A DNA stretch of 63,987 nt, the filler included, from Dirinaria sp. TL-2023a (lineage: Eukaryota): the NCBI GenBank assembly GCA_051941275.1. It is 8 parts of 8 records of this genome, joined end to end, with 100 filler letters (N's around TTAATTAATTAA, not from the genome) between each part and the next. Parts side by side here need not be neighbours in the genome. Positions count along the whole stretch, not along the records: positions 48,663 to 56,631 come from JAVEBF010001249.1; positions 56,732 to 63,987 come from JAVEBF010001334.1; 6 more parts are not named here. The stretch is one strand, 5' to 3'. Of the stretch, positions 52,482-63,300 are shown in pieces. The translations under genes were made by a program, and so were the position numbers. Each line of letters opens with the position of its first letter. Position 1 is the stretch's first letter. The notes under the pieces were generated by a model. The model saw only the letters and a program-made list of their open reading frames with translations, was not told where the DNA came from and did no database searches.

Positions 52482-53087
52482 ATGAAGCTCTTGGAGATTG
52501 AGCGGAAGTTCAACTGGAACCCGGCCAGCCTCAAAATTCTGATGTCGAACGGAGGCCAGCCCCCTTTTTCTTCCCGTCCTATGATCCAGTCGAAAACATT
52601 CCGGGACACCTACTACGATCTAGATGACAAACTCTCCAGCAAAGGCCTCTGGGTCCGAAAGCGTTTACTCTACGGCCCCAACAGAAAAGTCGAAAACGAT
52701 ACTTGGGAAGCCAAAAAATCCATGCCAGGAAGTTCTTTCGCGCGCTCAACCTATGATGAAACTCAAGACCCCAGTCGGATTCTGCAGATGATCAAGAACT
52801 ACGTCCCAGATTGTGCTGGAACGGATGAGTCTTTTGGATTAGAGAAAATGTGCCAATTTGAAACATACCGGCGGTCGTTTCTGGCAGACGGGAAGTTTAC
52901 AGTCGTACTCGATGAGACGGATTTTGGGCACTCGGCTGGCGAAGTCGAATTACTCGCTGAGGACGAAAAGCAGGCTCACGCGGATATTGATGTCTTCTTG
53001 GCTCGCTATGCGTGGCTTTTCGATTGCTCCAGGCCGAAGGGGAAGCTCACAGCTTATTTCGAAAAGTATCCTCGTAATAGTGTGTGA
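52482..53087 (+). CDS. CYTH / triphosphate tunnel metalloenzyme (thiamine-triphosphatase-like), 201 aa
   Basis: ExExKF signature (LEIERKF), FRDTYYD, LWVRKR, WEAK, F.T.RRSF, VVLDETDFGHSAGEVEL, KGKLTAYF; intronless. Confidence 0.88.
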   Translation: MKLLEIERKFNWNPASLKILMSNGGQPPFSSRPMIQSKTFRDTYYDLDDKLSSKGLWVRKRLLYGPNRKVENDTWEAKKSMPGSSFARSTYDETQDPSRILQMIKNYVPDCAGTDESFGLEKMCQFETYRRSFLADGKFTVVLDETDFGHSAGEVELLAEDEKQAHADIDVFLARYAWLFDCSRPKGKLTAYFEKYPRNSV

Positions 53088-53239
53088 ACTATGCCACCAA
53101 GCTATCATACACAAGTCTATCAGGACAAAAGCTGTAACATAAGAGGTAATGACCGAAACGGTCCAGCCACATCCAGTTCTCGGTCATCAAGATATCAAGA
53201 TGAGCAATGTAGTCCGAAATCTTGTTCTGCCGACCATCT

Positions 53240-54283
53240 TCACCAGTCCAGATCACCCTGAGAAGCCTCTCCCACGCAATCCGACTTCGACCATTCGTAT
53301 ATCCCCCCTCGCTCCTCAAACCCATCTTCATCCCAGAAGACATCTTTCAATGCCTCAGCGACTCCAACCTCGAGGATACTTTTTGTCGGCTTTGCAACAC
53401 CCTTGTTCAGGAAACGCAAGTACTCGTCAAGCAGCAAGTAAGAGCTCGCCATCACTTTGTTACTCTCTGGGACGAAACTTTCCTGGTGCTTATGCTTATC
53501 GCAAAAAAGATCGAACTCATGATCCTCAATAACAAAAGGGCTCGCATCACGAAGTGTCCGCTCGGATCCATTCTCCTCTGGCACGACGAGCACTTGGAAG
53601 CACTTCCAGCGAAAAGGTTGTATCTTTTCGATGTTGGCGTTCATGTCTTCCTCGAAATTGTACCGATTCACCACAGTATTGATCTTCAGCTTGATACCGT
53701 GTTCTTTGCACAATCGACTCAGGTTCGTGACCGTCTTGAGATGGTTACCGGCACCTCGTCCAATCTTAATGTTTGTCGCTTCGTCGAAGGAGTCGCAGGA
53801 AATGGCCATGATGTCCAGGAACTCGCCGTACTTGTCGAGCCATTTCTGCGTGACTTTACTACCGTTTGTGACGAGGGAGACAGATTCCAACTTGAGGGTT
53901 TCCTTGCAATATCTCACCAGTTGGCCAAGGAACTCGGCATTCATGAATGGTTCTCCGCCAGCGAAGTTCATCTTTTTCATCCCAGCATCTTTGAGAAGAG
54001 CCATGGCTTTCTTCGCATTAAGCAGAGTTTCAACATGGGAAGTCTTGGCTGTATGAAAGCAGAACCCTGGAGTAAAATTAGTGATGGGTCTCCAACAGAC
54101 CGAACGTGGAACATGAAATCCCATACCACAGGTATAGTTGCATTGCCTAGTCAAGTGATAGTTGACGGAGACGGGGATTTTCTTTGTGGCCGCTTTGGAC
54201 CTCACATGGTAATACAATTCGAAAATCAAACCCGTGGTTCCCAAAAGAAGGGCAATTACAACCAAGAGAGTATGGCTGAGCAT
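53240..54283 (-). CDS. RSAD2: Viperin / RSAD2-like radical SAM enzyme (putative ddhNTP synthase), 327 aa after splicing
   Basis: After removing intron 54067-54126: [20 protein letters not shown] (CxxxCxxC), [73 protein letters not shown].YEWS; hydrophobic N-terminus. Confidence 0.95.
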   Translation of the reverse strand: [347 protein letters not shown]

Positions 54284-54833
54284 CTCCAAATCGAAGTTTG
54301 TAAAAATGGATGTAGTGATAGAGAAGGCCAGATTTCGTGCTAGGAGACAGTCTGTACAGGGAGACCGACTGTTGGAAATAGGCCTGATTTGATGACCTCT
54401 AAGGAAAGAAATTCTATCTACCGGGATAACCCAGATACATAAAGGCATCTGAGGTTTGCCTATATGGTTGCCATACTAACAAGCATGATGAAAGAAATCA
54501 AAGGATTCTGAGAAAGAACGTCATGCTGGAAGGATGACTGGAGCGTCAAGACATCCTTCCAAATGGTGCTATTCCGGGAGGAGGAGTTGACCGGAACATC
54601 AAATCGCTCAAACAAAGCGATATGAGCAAACGTCTGATCATCTGCCCCAAAACGCGGATTGCATCGGCTAGCTGCACACCGCTGCCTGCTAGTACCATCA
54701 TTCAGACTGAGATGGATCGGTGCACTTAAATAAAAGTCCAAGGTACAGAAGACCACATTGGTGCTCTGAATTCCACGAGACCACGGAAGAAAGGTAAACG
54801 CTTGACTACCAGTGCTTAAAGTGTGCTACTGAA
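54284..54833. promoter_or_regulatory. Putative bidirectional promoter between viperin and the kinase
   Basis: 550 bp separate two divergent ATGs; inferred from geometry only. Confidence 0.45.
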
Positions 54834-55757
54834 ATGGAGATGACTCAAGAAGGATCTGACAAGAATGAGGCAACCAAGATCGTTTGCGTTATCGGTGAGA
54901 TCTTTGCGGCTCTACTAGTCCCATTGCCGGAAGCATGACTAACCAACCCATCCAGGAGGTCCAGGAGTAGGCAAAGGAACGCAATGCGCAAGACTGGCTA
55001 CAGATCTCGAGCTGGTACACATATCTGTCGGCGATCTCCTAAGGAAAGAGGCTTTGCGGCCAGTTCTCGGTCAAGATCTCCAAATCAAGTCCATCATGAG
55101 CAATGCATCCCTTGTTCCTTACGAACATGTACAGAAAACCCTCAGCCTCGGCCTCGTGGATCACATACAGAATGGGCGGGATAACTTTCTTATCGATGGC
55201 TTCCCCCGCAGCAAGGAGCAGACTCAATTCTTTGATGGAAAGGGAGGTGCCTTTCCAACTCAAGCGTTGAAGGGTGGGATACTGACTCTTCTCACAGAAC
55301 TGGAAGGCAGATGCGGTTCTTCACTTTCATTGCTCTGAAGCCGTTATGCTCGCGCGCATGTTGAAGAGAGCTGAAACGTCTGGGAGAGTTGACGATACCG
55401 CTGAAGTCTTCCGCAAGAGATACGCTGCACATATGGAAGAGATCTCAAGCGTCACGGAGGCATTCCCAGGGAAGGTTATTGACGTACGAGTTAGTCTTTA
55501 GTACTACGGAAAAGTCACTTACTATGATTAGGTGGATTGCGAAAGGGCTCTCGACGACATCTATGAGGAGCTCAAAGGCCAAGTTAAGGTAAGTAGCTGC
55601 TGGATGCCATCACATCCTTTATTAACAAAATTTCAAGGAGATCTTTGGAATCGTGCAGGAACCAAAGGAGGAGTTTGATGAAATTGGCGATGCAACCTCG
55701 CTTTCAGAGTCGGGCCCAAAGAGCGATCTGAAAGCTCATCCATCCTCAGCATCGTAG
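54834..55757 (+). CDS. UMP-CMP/adenylate kinase family nucleoside monophosphate kinase, 5 exons
   Basis: Manual splice: KIVCVIG|GPGVGKGTQC (intron 54895-54955), HISVGDLLR, FLIDGFPRS.EQ, VLHFHCSE.VML.RMLKRAETSGRVDD, VIDVDCERALDDIYEEL (introns 55484-55531 and 55589-55637). Intron 2 borders are ambiguous. Confidence 0.85.
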
Positions 55758-56346
55758 TGCTCAAACTCGGAGCCGAGACGTCAGCTGGCGAGCTTGCCTT
55801 GCAACTGATCATGAATTATGAAAACTCGTCCTCAAAGACATTCTTTCTGCATAGTGACCTCCCTACGGCACACCTTGTGCTACACTGTTCGCTGGTACTT
55901 TAATAGAGCACCCAATACCGATCAGTTTGAGTCGCATGCGAGGTGGCCGGCGTAAGCAGTACGGAATAAGGTAAGGTACGGAGTACGGAGGTTGCTATCA
56001 ACAGTCCTGGCTAGCGTCAGGTATGCCAAGAGTACCTGTCCAGGTGACTACGGGTAGGCTTTGCAGAGAACCAGCTCCACTCTGGGTATCAAGTTAGCGG
56101 GCATCGGGTGATAAGTTTAGGTAGTGCCCCAGGCGACTTTCAGTTGGGCGGTAAGGTACTAGCTGCATTGGCTGCGCTAGCTTCCGACTAGTGGTAGCGT
56201 CAAATCTCCTGTACTCATACCATCAATCTAACCGGCGGAAAATTGACCTACCTTACTTTACTAAGGTAATTTTCTACAGCTCTGCCAGTCCGCGTCTCTA
56301 TGCACCTCTGCGATAGCCACTCTCAATCACCTACAGAGCCATCATC

Positions 56347-56575
56347 ATGAAGCTCTCCCCACCCCTCGAATCTCTAGCTCGACTATTCAAAATCCCCTTC
56401 CCCTCAATCCATCGCCGCCCAGCATCTCAAATCCAGCAGCAGGCAGGCACCCCCATCATCCCAAAATCTTTATTCAGCAGCACCCCTCACCGCCCCAAAA
56501 AACGCGGCCTAGACGGCGTAAATTCAGGTCCACCTGGCACGACCAAAGTCCCCGTGAAATTCGACAAAAGAATAA
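56347..56575 (+). CDS. First exon of a probable mitochondrial protein (possibly ribosomal mL40-like), truncated
   Basis: Basic, presequence-like N-terminus (FSSTPHR) ending DKRI|gtaagt just before the gap; family assignment tentative. Confidence 0.4.
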
Positions 56576-56631
56576 GTAAGTCCCATCTACATCGCACCAC
56601 CCCCCCCTTCCCAATCCCCTCCCAACTCTAC

Positions 56632-56731
56632 NNNNNNNNNNNNNNNNNNNNNNNNNNNNNNNNNNNNNNNNNNNNTTAATTAATTAANNNNNNNNNNNNN
56701 NNNNNNNNNNNNNNNNNNNNNNNNNNNNNNN
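56632..56731. other. Artificial contig spacer
   Basis: N44-TTAATTAATTAA-N44. Confidence 0.97.
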
Positions 56732-57455
56732 GGAAGGCACGATGAGGTGGTACGGGAGGGTGGAGGGCGTGGGGTATTGCGTGCGGGCGAGGGAGAGAAG
56801 GGGGAGGAATTCGAGCATAGAACCTGGTTTGAGAGCGTGAGTTTGAGATGAGATATGTGCGTTCGGGGAGAGGGAGTTGGGATTAAAATACCGGGCCAGC
56901 CATGCAGACAGAGCAGTGGGATTGCGTCGGGCTTGGAAGAGAATAGGGCGACGAAGTGTATGCGGAAAGTATCTCCCTTGTCCTCGATGGAGGTCGTGAA
57001 ATGGTGGAAGGAATTCATGTGCGCTTCGCACGCACGCCTGAGACATAGCGATGTCAAATGAATTAGCGGAGTCATAGGAATCTCGTAATACGATTGGAAA
57101 AAGCTTCAATGGCTACGAATATCTTCGACTGATCACTTCTCCCTTTTTTTTTCTGCAAGTATACTACACCATCGCAAAAAGAAAGAAGACGAAAAAAACT
57201 TTTCCACGATATTGAAAGCCCTACCACCTCAACTTACCAATCAAAGCTATCAAGCCAATACTCCTTCGCATTCGCCAACCACGATGTAGTAATCCCATAG
57301 TGGCCATCTTCCTGCGAGCTTTCATACGAGGGCGCCGCGACTTTGCTATACCTTAGCAATGTGCGGAACTCCTGGATATCGCTCTCAGGGATGGAGATCG
57401 TGAAAAGGTCGATGGAGTGAGCTCCTTGCGGAAGAGTACCGAATGACTCAGACAT
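56732..57455 (-). CDS. Microsomal-type epoxide hydrolase, 5' part (truncated by contig edge)
   Basis: EHN N-terminus (FTISIP...YGITTSWL..AKEYW..FDW|R..E..MNSF.HF), IHFVALFS..PDAIPLLCLHGWPGS..EF, YHLIVPS. Confidence 0.9.
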
Positions 57456-58169
57456 GATTGATATATTGATTGCAGCTGGAATTGGAGGTCTGTAAATTTT
57501 GCCTTGGAAAAATAGAAGGGTAGGCTGCTTGTACGAATGTAGAAAATGTCAGGTGAGAGTAAAATTGTAGCTCTGTTGCAAAGGCGAGAGCTGAGAAAGG
57601 AATTAAGATGACTTCCTCACCTTTAGAATACCCATAGAACGATACGGTATAGCGGTGTATGTACTGCTGCCGCCTGCTAGTGCAATTATTAATCTCTGTT
57701 TGAGTCACTGGGAATTAGTAATACCTTATGCAGGTTAATTGCTCTCAGGATTCCACTGGGGACTGTTCCTGCAGTCATCTTTGCATATCCCACGGTTTTT
57801 TTCGAGAAGCGATCTGACCTTCGATGTCGAACATGATCCTCAGTAATGGAAGCGATCAAGTATGCAATAACAGAGACGAAGTAGCAGAGGTTGATACGAG
57901 CTTGAAAACTAGCACGAAGTCGATCATGGTAGACACTAGTGGCATTTGGGTATCCGGCTATTGATATCCTAACACTACTAAACCAAAGAAAAACCGAAAG
58001 CATTCGATGTACGTAAGGTAAGAGTGGCCTAATAATGCCATACAACGCAATTCGCATCGCTTGTCCTCTTTGGATGTTTACACTACTACATGTACCCAAC
58101 CTAGAACATTGCATTTTCTGCTTCCGTGGTTAGAGAGAGAAACGTGTTTAGCCCTCAGATACCACCTCC

Positions 58170-60075
58170 CTACACATTCTTCTCCGACTCCTGGCTCAAT
58201 TCTGCCAAACGCTTCTGCGTGTAGCTCTGCTGCCGCGATCCCATTCCCGGCGCGACCGAACTCTGCCTCCTGCCCATCATGCTCTGCCGCCGGTTGTCAC
58301 TCATATACGCCGCTGAAGGCACGAAAGAAACCCGTCGGCCGTCACCACCCTGCCGGGCATCCTGGAGTTGCTGTGCAAACGGCGAGCGCTTACGAAGAAC
58401 GGGCCCTTGCCAGTAGATGACGTAGACGGCAATGACCAGCACGAAGGCGATGCAGAAGAGGATCGTGGACGCGTCCTGGAGGTGTTTCTTGCCGCCGATG
58501 TTGGTGAAGAAGGGGGTTGCGGGGATCGTAAGAACACCGGCGAGAAAGTCGCGAGACCAGCCGTTGCCACCGGTTGCTGAGGCTGAGTACGGACCGTAGG
58601 CGCAGATCATGTAGTCGATGGTAGCCATGTAGATGGAGTAGTTGGCGATGCCGATGATGGCAGCGAAAATCATGGAGCCGATCCACTGCAAGACGGATTA
58701 GATACGAATGCTGGTACTTAAAGTGAAAGAACTCACGTGGATCGGTGGGCCACCGCTGGTCCATGCAAAACCTATAAGACCGATGGGCAGACAAGGAGCG
58801 GTCCACAGGAGCCACCAGAGCCGCGACTCGTATTGCGACCTCTCATCATCTGGATGCTGCTCGCGATCTCTTTTGTTGCGTTGAATGGCCGGGATGAACA
58901 GAATCCATGCAATGATATAGCCAACGCCGATAGAGCAGAAGGATAGACCCTGGGCGACGGTGCCAAAGTTCCACTGCTCGTAGACCAGCGTGAAGGATTG
59001 GATGAACATGAAGACCAAGGCATCGGAGAAACCGGACAGGAGGGACAATACCAAAACGATGGGTTCGGTCAGGAACATTTTGAAGGGCCGGATCCAGGTG
59101 ATGAGGATCTCTTTGACAGAGAAGCGCTCCTTGAAAGGCGTGATTTCGTTGGGTCCATAAACGTTGGGACTCTGTCCGCTCGCGCGTCGCTTCTTCGCAA
59201 TCTTATCTATCATGCAGGTCGTCCGCGTCTCGGGGACGAGGAGCAGATGAGCAAGCTGCACCGCTCCTCCAAAGATGAGCTGGATCCAGATGGACCATTG
59301 CCATGCAAGATAGCGTTCGCTGAATCCACCGACCACCGGGCCAAGTATGGAACCTCCCACGGACGAGAAAACCACGTAGGCGACAGCGTACTGCTGACTC
59401 TCCGCATCCCACATATCAGCAACCATGCCCAAGGTCACGGAACCTCCGGCTGAGGAGAGACCACCGAGAGCGCGGCCAACCATGATGGAGGCAAAGTTGG
59501 GGGCGAGAGCGACTGGGAGCTGCCAGATGTTGACCAGGAAAAGGGAGGCTTGAAGGACGGGTTTGCGGCCAAACTCTTCCGACCTAGATCATCTGTTAGT
59601 TTCTGGCTGTGAGGCAATACATAACGAAGTCGGCTTACCATGGAGCCCACAGCTCGCAACCAAAAGCGTAAGTGACGAGGAAGATCATGGCACCGCATCG
59701 TGCAGCTTGTGCGCTGACCCCAAACTGTTTGGAGATACCTTTGAGGCCGTTCGAGTAGAGACTGGTGTTGAAGTTCATGGACACTTGGACGAGGAAGATG
59801 ATCGTAAGGATAGTCCACTTCTTCCACGTGGGGAAGGAGTAGCCCAGCTCGTCGTAGCAGTCATCCTCCGTCAGCTCGATCCTATCGTCGTCAGGGTCGT
59901 TTGGAGCGACGGCCTTTTCATTGCCAGGAGACACATTCTCGTATTCTTGTGGAGCGGTAGCTTTGGTATTGGAAGAAGCATCGGAGCCATTGCCTGGTTC
60001 AGCTGGCTCACCTGGGCTTCCGGGTTGATGAACAAGCTGGCTGTCGTTGGTGGGAAAGTGGGCTACTTGAGCCAT
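58170..60075 (-). CDS. MFS transporter, DHA1 (polyamine/multidrug) family
   Basis: WKKWTIL, ELWAPW|SEE.GRKP, GRALGGLSSAGGSVTLGMVADMW, PETR, RPFKMFLTEPIV, IDYMICAYGPYSASA; two introns. Confidence 0.92.
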
Positions 60076-60341
60076 CGTGGGAGGAGATTGCGACGGAGAG
60101 TCGCTACGGGTAGGCGAATATGAGACCTCCCTCGAGAGGTACTCGAAGAAAGATGATCAACGGATGCAAAGAGTGAGGCAACGGACTTGGGGATGCAAGA
60201 CTAATATATCCAAATCACGAAGGATAGAATAGGCGAGGACGCAGACGATTAATATAACGGGAATCCCAACTGCGCCGCATGACCTGCGAGGGTGTCGTAA
60301 AGTAAGTAGTAGTGTTGTGTCGTAGCGACGGTAGTACTCCG

Positions 60342-60343
<2 letters not shown>

Positions 60344-60371
<28 letters not shown>
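60344..60371 (+). repeat. (GT)n microsatellite
   Basis: About 14 GT units upstream of the MFS gene. Confidence 0.9.
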
Positions 60372-60372
<1 letters not shown>

Positions 60373-63300
60373 GATTACTGGATTGTTGGGGAAGCACCAA
60401 TAGGCGTCCTGCTCTGCGACCGGGACTCGCGGGGCTGCGCCGGCAAGCAAGCGTTAGGTCACTTAGGTGGTGGTACTCTGTAACTCGGTAGGGATCGCCT
60501 TCATTATTGTGTTGTGCATTACATCACCAGGCAGATGCAAGCTTTTGTGTAAAGAAAACCGATGAACAACCCTAGCCCGAGCCTAAGTCAATCAGCCCGA
60601 GCGACCCGATTGCTTGTTTATTCTCCATCCGGCCTACGACAACAGACGGTGTGGCATCACTAGACTTTCCAGGGTCAAGCTCCATCATCTTGCCATGAGC
60701 TTGCCATGAGCGCTGGGTCGAAGGGGTGCATCTGACATGCAAAACGCCGCAAATGGAACTCCCTTGTACTCATATCCGAAGATTGCCCGACGATTGAACT
60801 GGTCTTGTGTTTCGGCCTTCGATGTTGGTTCAGGTTGGATCCGCGAAGGCAGATTCGACGCGGCTCTCCACCATCCCTCACCGCGCCGTTCGAGTCTACA
60901 TACAAGGATCCTCTGTGTGCGGACGTGTGCGGACGTGTGCGGACCACATCCGCCTCCCAATTCTTAAGAAGGACACCTGAGAAGAGCCCGGATCAAAACA
61001 AGACGAACATACTACTGAGTACTGATAATAGGATCTGAAGCCCGACGAAACGCGTGGAGGCTGCATCAGATCGAGATCTCTGCATGGTGCGCCAAGAATT
61101 TGAGGCTCACTCAATTTGCCTCCTACCGAGTAAGATTTTTAATACCACTCTGAACGACTTCATGAAAGCTTCCAAACCCTCGCAAATCTTTTGAATAAAA
61201 GCGTCAAAAAGCCCAGCTGCCAGCCTTGCACCCTCATCGTGAAACTTTCAACATCCTCAACAGACCGCCAGGGTTGCCTTGCGAAAATGCCAAGCACACT
61301 CTCCAGCTAGCTCGTCTACACCACCCAATCACAAGGCGCGAGACTCGGCTTAAGGAACCATCATCTAATCACCAACGTCCGAATTGACTTCTCCAAACGC
61401 GCCGTTGAACTCTGGCGAAATGCGGAGGACTGGCGGCATTATTGTTCGCGAAGCCCCACGCCCCGTCTTCTGGGGAAATTCCTGGAGAATGCGGATGCCC
61501 GCTGGAGATTTCGAGGCTGTTCAAGCACGCTAGCCCCAGATGCCTTGGCTCATCCAACGAAACCTCCAGTATTTCATCGTCGAATGAGCTGCTCACTCAA
61601 AGTTAGATTTCCCAGACCTTCAACCTTGCCAATTCTCAATGTTGTTAAGATGGGCTTGTCCCAAGCTGCCGGCTGCTTCCCTGAAATGCCCGCTATACCT
61701 CCTGATGTTCTCTATCGTCAAGGTAACCACAGTTCAATAGCTTTTACCATAAGGTAGAAATTGCGGAAAGCCATTGAACGTAATCGAAGCTGTTGCAGCC
61801 CAATCCCGTGTACCCAACTCCTTGACAGAGTCTCCCAAATCTTAGCCATCTTCTCTCCCTACGCATCAATCAGGAATAGCTTTCGACATTGAATGTGCCT
61901 GCTGCTGTCGTGTGAGGAACTTGCCGAAAACTTCCGTCATCAACCAGCCTTACCCACCCTTGCTTCCATTTCCGCCTTTGTCCGCTGATGGCGCTTGCAA
62001 TGTTACTAGCAGATAGAAGTGGGACTTGTGAGTTCATCTTTTCCGTTTTCCCGGTACCCCCAGTACTTTCGTTGATTTGCTCTTACCCAAACCTGCAAGC
62101 AGGGCGGAAATGTTCGTTGCCAAGACGAAAGAGGGTCAGACCGAAGTAAGTATTCGCCCGGTACTGCCGTGCTCCATTAGGTGTAGCCAGCTCTGTAATT
62201 GGCTTTATCATCTCCTGTTGCCGATGGCATTGATACAATAATAATGATGCGACAGTGTATCTTTGTTTGCGATGCTGCCCCTAGTCTTTGGTGCTGTCTG
62301 CAGAGATCTGAAGCTGGCCGCGGTCCACTACCTTAGTCGAATGCTGTACATTCGTTCTTAGCTTGGCGCAAAATAGGAGGTTTTTGCCTTTCTCTTGCCA
62401 ATTTTTCCCATGACGAAGTCGCCTCGAGACTGTTGAAGCCATTTGAGAAGTATCCGCAGCGCTCAGTAACTACGCATCTCCACTTTGAGAAAATCCTTCC
62501 ACCTCTGTCAGTAGTGCGGCGGATCTGTACATGCACTGAGTTATCCACCTATTTCTGAATCGTCCGTTCTTCGAGGAACTCAGCCGATCACATTATTCGG
62601 CGTACCTGGATCTTTGATAGAGGATGTAGATATACTCGAAGATAACTCGGAATAACAGCACATCCAACTTTAGGATCTGTAATTATTGATCAATGTAAAA
62701 ATCACAATTGCCGTGAAGCTCGACAAGCTCAAAAGGGCGACTATTCGAAACTCGTTTGGGTAAACAAGCACAACCATCCAATTTAACTCCCTAAAAGCTA
62801 CGCCATAAGACTGTCAAAGGGCATGACAGGAACTCCCCTTTACTTTGAAAATCCGGAAGATAACGTGGATTATCAGCACTCAAGCATAGTTAGAACGAGT
62901 ATTCAATTATTTCAAGTTTGGCAGTTGTCTACCTATGATGTTGAAAATCATTTTTGCTGTGGATCTGATTAGATTTGTTGGTTTTTTTTTTTTTTTTTTC
63001 AAGTTCGTTGCTTCATTATTAAGAGCCAAAACGCAACACACCCTTAAGTTTACATCATACTTACAACATGACAGAAAATACTCATTAGATTCATTTACGT
63101 CTACACCGAAGACTCCTTCTATTAGATTTGGAGGTGAATGGGGACTTTGGTATGTGTATTTGTGTATGTGTATGCTCAATTGCCCTGAAACTAAAGGAAG
63201 AACTTTTTGGGGCAGTAAATACCAGGGTCTGCTGACTAATCTACAGTCTAACGGCTTTCGTCAAATTATCTTGGCATTTTGTTAGTGGTGGTGAGTTTTC

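Noticed and set aside
53222..54343. 373-aa plus-strand ORF overlapping viperin
   Set aside because: Antisense shadow of the viperin CDS; non-ATG start and no recognisable motifs.
54284..54448. N-terminal extension of viperin in the 402-aa ORF call
   Set aside because: Uses a non-ATG start; the first ATG is at 54283 and precedes the hydrophobic N-terminal segment.
47287..55757. RtcB as part of the viperin cluster
   Set aside because: Separated by the spacer at 48563-48662; different contigs, so adjacency is arbitrary.
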